From IMG/VR virus record IMGVR_UViG_3300037010_000217: 20,000 nucleotides of DNA; one strand, written 5' to 3'. The translations under genes and the position numbers were made by a program. How positions within the stretch are numbered: the first letter of the stretch is position 1; every line of letters starts with the position of its first letter. The notes under the pieces were generated by a model. The model was not told the origin of the DNA and searched no databases. It saw only the letters and a list, made by a program, of their open reading frames with translations. Positions 7,887-14,276 of the stretch are shown piece by piece. The stretch is from an uncultured virus (IMG/VR IMGVR_UViG_3300037010_000217). Lineage: Duplodnaviria > Heunggongvirae > Uroviricota > Caudoviricetes.

Positions 7887-7932
7887 AAATATTCTTATAA
7901 ACTATGTTAGTTTTAACAATAGTTAAAAATTT

Positions 7933-7965
7933 AAGAAAAAATAAACCTACCCAATAAAGGGTAGG
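7933..7965 (-). terminator. Rho-independent terminator after the first early gene
   Basis: CCTACCC-loop-GGGTAGG stem (7946-7965) followed on the minus strand by TTTATTTTTTCTT. Confidence 0.8.
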
Positions 7966-7972
7966 AATAAGC

Positions 7973-8170
7973 TTATTTACGTAAGCTTGCTAACAGGCTA
8001 TTAGACTGCTTAGCTTGGGTCTCTTCGAGGCCCCATTTACTCTCTTCTAACAGAGAGAGTAATGCTTTTGTATCAATGTCTTTAGGGACATTTACAAAGA
8101 TAGGAAGGTACTCGATAGTACCGTCTTGATTTACAACGTAAATTTTATGTCCAACGTATGTTGTGTTCAT
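7973..8170 (-). CDS. First early protein (65 aa; start revised from 8272)
   Basis: GAGGT RBS before ATG 8170 (MNTTYVGHKIY...); the longer ORF would run through the promoter copy and hairpins. Confidence 0.75.
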   Translation of the reverse strand: MNTTYVGHKIYVVNQDGTIEYLPIFVNVPKDIDTKALLSLLEESKWGLEETQAKQSNSLLASLRK

Positions 8171-8204
8171 AATAATAAATACCTCAATTAAGATTAAATA
8201 ATAA

Positions 8205-8227
8205 ATACCATAACTCAGAGACTGTAA
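8205..8227 (-). promoter_or_regulatory. Putative phage-RNAP early promoter, copy at 8205
   Basis: ATACCATAACTCAGAGACTGTAA, 19/23 identical to the 7315 copy. Confidence 0.7.
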
Positions 8228-8231
8228 AAGG

Positions 8232-8330
8232 TTAAGCGTGAGCTTAAGTTTGTACTTCTTTATGAAGTACAACTAGGGGGGGGTATACCCTCCTCACTGT
8301 GTATACAGTGGTAAGTAATACACTTATACC
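8232..8330. repeat. Cluster of five abutting inverted repeats at the early/late divergence point
   Basis: TTAAGC-GTGA-GCTTAA; TTGTACTTC-TTTAT-GAAGTACAA; G8-TATA-CCCTCCT; CACTGT-GTAT-ACAGTG; TAAGT-AATAC-ACTTA. Confidence 0.8.
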
Positions 8331-8395
8331 AAAATTATAAAATTCCAAAAAAGTTTTCATACCAAAAATAAAAAATTTCTAAAAACCTGAAAAAG

Positions 8396-8425
8396 TTGAC
8401 TATAACCTATCCTTAATGCTATCTT
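8396..8425 (+). promoter_or_regulatory. Sigma70-type late promoter with extended -10
   Basis: TTGACT (8396-8401), 18-bp spacer, TGc-TATCTT (8417-8425), with upstream A-tracts; N4 late genes are transcribed by host sigma70 RNAP. Confidence 0.65.
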
Positions 8426-8452
8426 ATAAACACTAGGTATAGAGGAACATTT

Positions 8453-9178
8453 ATGGAACAAGAAGTATTAGATTCGCAGGTAGTTACTCCTACTATCAGT
8501 GATGATCTACTCAAGAACAGTTTACCTAAACATCTAAGAGGGTTAGTCACTGACTCCTTGGTTTCTACTGTTAACAGTATTGCTAATACAGATGGAGTGA
8601 TGAGAGAAAGCTTTAGAGATAATCTCATTGGTTACATGCATGTATTGCAAGATGGTAAGTATAAGATTCAAGATTACATTAGTGCTGTAAGATACTGTAG
8701 CTATAGACTAATGGGTAGAGGTATTAGTGATAGTTATCGCAGTACATTCCCAGATAGATATGCTAGACTAATTCAAGAAGGTGCTAGTGCTAATCATATC
8801 AGTGGTTTTGCTAGTGCTTATAATAAGAATAAACTAGTTAACCTCATTATGGAACAGAGTTTAATACCTACTTATGTATTGAACCAAGACATCTATCAAG
8901 AAGCTATTAATGTACAAGCAGAACTAATGAGAACAGCTAATAGTGAGAAGGTTAGAAGTGATGCTGCTAACAGTTTACTGACTCATCTAAAACAACCTGA
9001 GACTCGGAAGATTGAGATTGAAATGGGTGTTAAAGAGAGTAAGAGTATTGATGAATTAAGAGAAGCTACTAGAGCATTAGCTCAAGCTCAATTAACTGCT
9101 ATTAGTACAGGTGCTATGAGTGTAATTGATGTAGCTCATAGTAAAATTATCCAAGGTACATGTGAGGAACAAGAGTGA
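8453..9178 (+). CDS. N4 gp69-like conserved protein (putative terminase small subunit)
   Basis: SEKVRSDAANSLLTHLKQPE and YISAVRYCSY segments, size and position upstream of terL match the N4-like gp69 family as recalled; GAGGA RBS. Confidence 0.75.
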   Translation: MEQEVLDSQVVTPTISDDLLKNSLPKHLRGLVTDSLVSTVNSIANTDGVMRESFRDNLIGYMHVLQDGKYKIQDYISAVRYCSYRLMGRGISDSYRSTFPDRYARLIQEGASANHISGFASAYNKNKLVNLIMEQSLIPTYVLNQDIYQEAINVQAELMRTANSEKVRSDAANSLLTHLKQPETRKIEIEMGVKESKSIDELREATRALAQAQLTAISTGAMSVIDVAHSKIIQGTCEEQE

Positions 9179-9528
9179 TGTTAAAGCATAAAGCTGTTAG
9201 TTTATTTCTAGAGAAGTTTAGAAATACTGGTGAGATTAGAGATATAGGCTCTAAGAAGAGTAAAGCTATCTTTGAGAAGATCACACTAGAGAATCTAGAA
9301 GATATTACTAAGATCATGAGATATAACGCTAATGGCTCAGTGTATATGCCTATCGTAGAAGAGATTGATTTAGAAGGTAAAATTGCTAGATGCGATATGA
9401 TACTAGTAAACTATAAGGAAGATCTTATTGGTTTGTATCTAGGTATTGGATACTTTGATGTACCAGAAGAAGGTACAATATTAATAATCAATAAAGAAAA
9501 CCTAGATCTATTGTATCCCTTGGTTTAG
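9178..9528 (+). CDS. Hypothetical protein (~116 aa)
   Basis: TGATG coupling to the upstream gene (alternative GTG start at 9175). Confidence 0.7.
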   Translation: MLKHKAVSLFLEKFRNTGEIRDIGSKKSKAIFEKITLENLEDITKIMRYNANGSVYMPIVEEIDLEGKIARCDMILVNYKEDLIGLYLGIGYFDVPEEGTILIINKENLDLLYPLV

Positions 9529-9554
9529 TTGTTAATGTTTATAGGAATGATGTG

Positions 9555-10103
9555 ATGAAGATTGATAGTACAGTGTTGAAGTTAATGCAGAAACAGATTA
9601 GCGTAGAAAATGCTAATCATTTAGTTTATATTGAATTAGCTAATTGGTGTTCATTTAATGGGTATGATAATGCCGCTGAGTTATTTACTAAACAAGCTGA
9701 AGGTGAGTTAACTCACAGAGACAGATTCAGAAGTTACTTGCTGGATCTTGGCTATATGCCTGATGCATTTACTTTGAATAAGTTTGATTATGGTGTTATT
9801 GAAAACTTAGAAGATACTGTATTTGCTGCATTAGCTTTAGAGCAGAATACTACTAAACAGATTCTAGCTATTAAAGAAGCTGCTAATGAATCTGATGACT
9901 ATGTAAGTTCAGAAGAGTCTAATTGGTTCTTGGCTGAACAGAGAGAAGAAGAAAGTCTGTTTATTGGTTTAGTAGATAAGATCAATCAAATGAAGTTATC
10001 AGATAGTTCTACTCCTGAGTGGTTCAAAGGTTCTTTACGAATTGAGTTAGATGAGTATATGGATCCTGATGATTCTGACGATTCTGAAGAGACTGATGAC
10101 TAA
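9555..10103 (+). CDS. ftn: Ferritin (FtnA-type, non-haem)
   Basis: Ferroxidase-centre pattern: QISVE..HLVY (E17/Y24), QAEGELTH (E50/H53), ALALEQ (E94), WFLAEQREEE (E126/Q127/E130), E. coli FtnA numbering; AGGA RBS; alternative GTG start at 9552. Confidence 0.88.
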   Translation: MKIDSTVLKLMQKQISVENANHLVYIELANWCSFNGYDNAAELFTKQAEGELTHRDRFRSYLLDLGYMPDAFTLNKFDYGVIENLEDTVFAALALEQNTTKQILAIKEAANESDDYVSSEESNWFLAEQREEESLFIGLVDKINQMKLSDSSTPEWFKGSLRIELDEYMDPDDSDDSEETDD

Positions 10104-11686
10104 TGAGTAAACCTATAAAGCAATCTGTAGAGCATTGGCTTAATGCTGTTGACTACGGGAATGATATTAACTATGTCCCTAGTGAGTTCTCACTAGAGTT
10201 TGTTAACTTTATTAAGTTGGTTAATGGCAATGAAGGAGAAGAGAACTTAACCCCTATTATCCATTATAAGATGTTGGATCAGATTGCTGGAGGTAAGTCT
10301 AATACACTTAATATGTTATTCCGTGGTTCAGGTAAGACTACTGTATTTGGTGAGTATATGTTTTTATATCTTGCTACTTATGGGGAATTACCTGACTTTG
10401 GTAGAATTGATCTAGCTATCTATGTAAGTGATAGTATAGAGAACGGTGTAAAAAATATGAGGAAAAACTTAGAATTTAGATGGGAGAATAGTGAGTTTTT
10501 ACAGCAATACGTCCCTGAAGCTAAGTTTACTGATATTAGGTGGGAGTTTACTAATAAAGATGGGAAGAAGCTCATCATCAAAGGGTATGGTGCATTAACT
10601 GGTGTTCGTGGTAGTAAAGAGATGGGTAAGAGACCTAACTTTGCACTACTAGATGACTTGGTTTCTGATGATGGTGCTAGAAGTCCCACAATTACAGCCA
10701 GTATTGAAGATACTGTATATAAGGCTATTGATTATGCATTACATCCTACAAGACGTAAAATTATTTGGAACGGTACTCCGTTCAATAGTAATGACCCTTT
10801 ATACAAAGCTGCTGAATCAGGTGCATGGTATGTCAACGTGTTTCCTGTGTGTAATACTTTTCCGTGCAGTCCAGAAGAGTTTAGAGGAGCGTGGGAAGAT
10901 CGATTTACATATCAGTATGTTAAAGATCAATACGATAAAGCAGTCCTTGCAGGAAAGGTAGATAGCTTCATGCAAGAGTTGATGTTAAGAATTATTAGTG
11001 ATGATGATAGGTTAGTCTTTGATCATGACTTAGTGTGGTACGATTCTAAGAGAGTTCAGCAGAATAAAGAAAGGTTTAACTTCTATATTACTACTGACTT
11101 TGCTACTAGTGAAGGTAAGGCTAGTGACTTTAGTGTTATAAGTGTATGGGCTTATAATAATAATGGTGATTGGTTACTGGTAGATGGAATTTGTGCTAGA
11201 CAGTTAATGGATAAGAACATTGATGATCTATTTAGATTAGCTCAGATGTATAGACCTCAACAGGTAGGTATTGAGGTATCTGGTCAACAAGGAGGTTTTA
11301 TCTCTTGGATCTATGATCAGATGACTACTAGAAATATCTACTTTACTCTGGCTAGTGAAAACAATAACGGTAGAGCTGGTATTAGACCCGCTACTAATAA
11401 GATGGAAAGATTCAACGTAGTACTTCCCTGGTTTAAGACTAAGAAAATTTGGTTACCAGAAGATATGCGTGATCATCCTCTAGTGTTAGAACTATTAGAA
11501 GAGTTGAGATACGCTTCACCTAAAGGTTTTAAAAGTAAGCATGATGATGCTATTGATACAGTGTCTATGTTAGCTAAACTAAGCCCCTGGAAGCCTACAG
11601 AAGAGACTGTAAATACAAAGACAGGTGATATGTTTGAAGATGAGCCTGAATTGACTGGCGGAGCTTATAGCTCGTATATTGTATAG
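10103..11686 (+). CDS. terL: Terminase large subunit, N4 gp68-like
   Basis: Walker A FRGSGKTT, Walker B ALLDD, GTP motif, nuclease TTDFA and HDDAID; 527 aa. Confidence 0.95.
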   Translation: MSKPIKQSVEHWLNAVDYGNDINYVPSEFSLEFVNFIKLVNGNEGEENLTPIIHYKMLDQIAGGKSNTLNMLFRGSGKTTVFGEYMFLYLATYGELPDFGRIDLAIYVSDSIENGVKNMRKNLEFRWENSEFLQQYVPEAKFTDIRWEFTNKDGKKLIIKGYGALTGVRGSKEMGKRPNFALLDDLVSDDGARSPTITASIEDTVYKAIDYALHPTRRKIIWNGTPFNSNDPLYKAAESGAWYVNVFPVCNTFPCSPEEFRGAWEDRFTYQYVKDQYDKAVLAGKVDSFMQELMLRIISDDDRLVFDHDLVWYDSKRVQQNKERFNFYITTDFATSEGKASDFSVISVWAYNNNGDWLLVDGICARQLMDKNIDDLFRLAQMYRPQQVGIEVSGQQGGFISWIYDQMTTRNIYFTLASENNNGRAGIRPATNKMERFNVVLPWFKTKKIWLPEDMRDHPLVLELLEELRYASPKGFKSKHDDAIDTVSMLAKLSPWKPTEETVNTKTGDMFEDEPELTGGAYSSYIV

Positions 11687-11704
11687 GTAAGGATTATATA
11701 TATT

Positions 11705-11998
11705 ATGGGTAATGTTTATTACATAAAACTTGATGCACAAAATATGGTAGTAAAAAGTATAGTGTATCCTAATACTACATCAGATGCTATTGAACACCCT
11801 CCTGCAGATATGATTGATGTAACAGAACAAATGAAAGATAAAGACCCAAAATCCTTCTCAAGGAAGATAACAAAAATTACTAGTAAGCCTAATAAAATGC
11901 TATATTTTATTAATGGAGAGTTCCATGTTATTGATAGATACTCATTTAATGATGCTATGAAATTAGAGAAGTTATTAGAAAATGATAGTGTAGATTGA
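11705..11998 (+). CDS. Hypothetical protein (97 aa)
   Basis: AAGGA RBS; N-terminus YYIKLDAQNMVVKSIV resembles small tail-fibre-associated phage proteins (weak). Confidence 0.7.
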   Translation: MGNVYYIKLDAQNMVVKSIVYPNTTSDAIEHPPADMIDVTEQMKDKDPKSFSRKITKITSKPNKMLYFINGEFHVIDRYSFNDAMKLEKLLENDSVD

Positions 11999-12010
11999 AG
12001 GTACTAAGTT

Positions 12011-12616
12011 ATGTTTAAAATTATAAAAGTACCTTCAGGAGATTCTGCTATAATCCAATCAAGTAGCTATGATTTGTATACCTATACTGTGTATGTAGGT
12101 AAGCATGAAATAGATATTCCTTTAGGTGATTCTCTATGGCTAGTTAATGATACTCAAGCTAGTGTATGTAGAGGTGGTACTAAAGTTAAAAGTGATTCTT
12201 TAGCTGTACTGCTTAGGGGTTATCAATGTGAAAGCAAGTCATCTAATTATGAAAGTATTGTTAATTTACCTTATATTAATGGTTGTAGCTCACAACAAAT
12301 ATTTCCTCCTGTAAGACCTGGTGATCCTACATTACAATTACTATACTTACCTAAAGGTACTTCAGAACAAGCTCATCATATACATTCAACTGTTAGAGTA
12401 GTTAAAGTTATTAGTGGAAGTGGTTATAGTGTTCAAGGTATGACAGATGAAGTAAAAGTACCACTAAATCCTGGTGATGTTCTAGTACTGGATAAAATGA
12501 CACCACACCATTTTGTTACTGAAGATGACTATTTACTTGTAGCACCTATACATGTTTATAGTTCTACAGCATTAGAAAAAAATCACCCAATGCGTAATGG
12601 TACGTTTGAAATTTGA
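12011..12616 (+). CDS. Cupin-domain metal-binding protein
   Basis: Cupin motif 1 QAHHIHSTVRVVKVISGSG and motif 2 LNPGDVLVLDKMTPHHF. Confidence 0.85.
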   Translation: MFKIIKVPSGDSAIIQSSSYDLYTYTVYVGKHEIDIPLGDSLWLVNDTQASVCRGGTKVKSDSLAVLLRGYQCESKSSNYESIVNLPYINGCSSQQIFPPVRPGDPTLQLLYLPKGTSEQAHHIHSTVRVVKVISGSGYSVQGMTDEVKVPLNPGDVLVLDKMTPHHFVTEDDYLLVAPIHVYSSTALEKNHPMRNGTFEI

Positions 12617-12629
12617 TAGGAGTATTCGT

Positions 12630-13520
12630 ATGTTAGGTCTTGAAAATTCACCAGATTCTAGAAGATTTTTTAAGTTTTTTGGTGTAATACCTTGTGATAG
12701 AACAGGTACTTTAGAAGGTCTAGTTAATACTGTAAACACTATCCCTACCAACGAAGATAGAATTACATATGCAAACATTACTTTTCAAGAATGTATTGAT
12801 ATGCAAATTGAAAAAATTAAAGCACATCCAATTAAAGATAAAGTACTTCTTTGGAGTGGTGGTATAGATTCTACTTTAGTATTTTATGCTTTAGTTGCTG
12901 CTGGTATTGAGTTTAGTATAGGTATGTCTGTATCATCTGTTAAAGAGTATCCGATGCTTGCTGAACAAATACAAGACGATGTTACAGCAGCACCAGAAGA
13001 TAAAAGGTTTCCTACACTCTTAGGTTACGAATTTATTAAAGAAATGCCTGAAAAATTCTTAGACAATAAACTAGTAATTACTGGTGAAATTGGAGATCAG
13101 CTGATAGGTAGTATACTGATGTTGAACTATACTGATCAACAAAGATGTATGCCTTACGATGAAGTATTAGATGTCAATGAATATGGTTTATTCGATGACG
13201 TTATAAAAACATTAGTCAATACTGATAGCCTAACATTAGGTGAATTTTTATGGGGTATGAATTTTATATTTAAGTATCAGGATGTGTTGGATAGGATTCC
13301 TAATAAACCTTTCTTTGGTATTGGTAGTGTTGCTTTTAACTTTTTTGATAGCATACCTTTTCAAGTATGGAGTATGAATAATTATAAACAAAATGCTAAT
13401 TTTAGTAAGCAAACTGATTACAAAAAAGTATATAAGCAGTACATCTACGATAATAACAATGATGAATTGTACTTAAAGTATAAGCGTAAAGTAGGATCTT
13501 TAGTGCAAATTAATAAATAA
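12630..13520 (+). CDS. Asparagine-synthetase-like ATP pyrophosphatase (synthetase domain only)
   Basis: PP-loop LLWSGGIDST and VITGEIGDQLIG (cf. AsnB SGEGxDExFGG); no N-terminal Cys glutaminase domain. AGGAG RBS favours ATG 12630 over 12597. Confidence 0.8.
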   Translation: MLGLENSPDSRRFFKFFGVIPCDRTGTLEGLVNTVNTIPTNEDRITYANITFQECIDMQIEKIKAHPIKDKVLLWSGGIDSTLVFYALVAAGIEFSIGMSVSSVKEYPMLAEQIQDDVTAAPEDKRFPTLLGYEFIKEMPEKFLDNKLVITGEIGDQLIGSILMLNYTDQQRCMPYDEVLDVNEYGLFDDVIKTLVNTDSLTLGEFLWGMNFIFKYQDVLDRIPNKPFFGIGSVAFNFFDSIPFQVWSMNNYKQNANFSKQTDYKKVYKQYIYDNNNDELYLKYKRKVGSLVQINK

Positions 13521-13535
13521 TGTAAGTAACATGTA

Positions 13536-13546
13536 TGTGATATAAT
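13536..13546 (+). promoter_or_regulatory. Extended -10 sigma70 promoter
   Basis: TGTGaTATAAT, a consensus TRTGn extended -10, in the 13521-13619 gap. Confidence 0.7.
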
Positions 13547-13619
13547 TTGAATATCTGTTTAGAGATACGTCTGAATTAGTTGGTGTAGCTTATAGTTAAT
13601 ATAAAGTGTGGGAATTGTG

Positions 13620-14276
13620 ATGAAAGTAACTGATATTATCGATTATGCTGTAACAGGTGAGCTTAGACAGATATCCCTTTGTGAGATTGGTGATACATCT
13701 GCCAGAACTCCTGAACAGCAGAAGAATTTAAATACTTTAGTGTCTTATGTCAATCAAGCTATGATTGAATTGAGTACTAGGTTTCCTTTGTTTATCTCTG
13801 TAGAAGAATTAGATGCTGATCCAGGCGATACAGATCCTATCCCATTCCCTGATAATGCTACCACTCTACTTAAGGTTGAGAGTTTACTTGGTGAAGTAAT
13901 TCCAATTAATGAACCTAAGTGGGATGATCCAATGTATAAAGATACAGATCAGTGGTTTATTAAGACCCCTTCTGTTAATACACTAGTCATTGATAATAAT
14001 AAACCAGTCAAATCTACTACATTACTAGCTACATTTGTATTGAGTGCTCCTAAGTACGTCTATACTAGTGATATTGCTGTACCTAATAACTATTTAGAAG
14101 CAATCTTAGATTACGTAGCTTATAAGGCTAATACAGCTATGAAACCTTTACCTAATCAAGAAGGTAATGTTTACTACATGAAGTTTGAAGCTGACTGTGC
14201 TAGATTGAAATCTACTTTTGATAATAACTATGAAAGTGTTGAAGGTAGTAAATTCTTTAATAGAGGTTTTAGGTAA
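13620..14276 (+). CDS. N4 gp67-like virion (neck/adaptor) protein
   Basis: GEL near N-terminus, YVNQAMIELSTRF, YLEAILDYVAYK, YYMKFEADC, C-terminal KFFNRGF; position after terL. ATG 13620 preferred over GTG 13608. Confidence 0.75.
   Translation: MKVTDIIDYAVTGELRQISLCEIGDTSARTPEQQKNLNTLVSYVNQAMIELSTRFPLFISVEELDADPGDTDPIPFPDNATTLLKVESLLGEVIPINEPKWDDPMYKDTDQWFIKTPSVNTLVIDNNKPVKSTTLLATFVLSAPKYVYTSDIAVPNNYLEAILDYVAYKANTAMKPLPNQEGNVYYMKFEADCARLKSTFDNNYESVEGSKFFNRGFR

Noticed and set aside
7315..8227. 23-bp repeats as a CRISPR mini-array or att sites
   Set aside because: Copies are 376 and 514 bp apart, separated by whole genes and always upstream of an RBS; no cas or integrase gene in the window
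8232..8330. tRNA or other known structured RNA
   Set aside because: Hairpins are serial with no enclosing acceptor stem, T-loop consensus or CCA arrangement
12630..13520. QueC / 7-deazaguanine DNA-modification gene
   Set aside because: Shares the SGGxDS loop but lacks the C-terminal Zn-binding Cys cluster of QueC and has the AsnB-type TGE.GD motif; no queD/queE/folE/dpdA in the window
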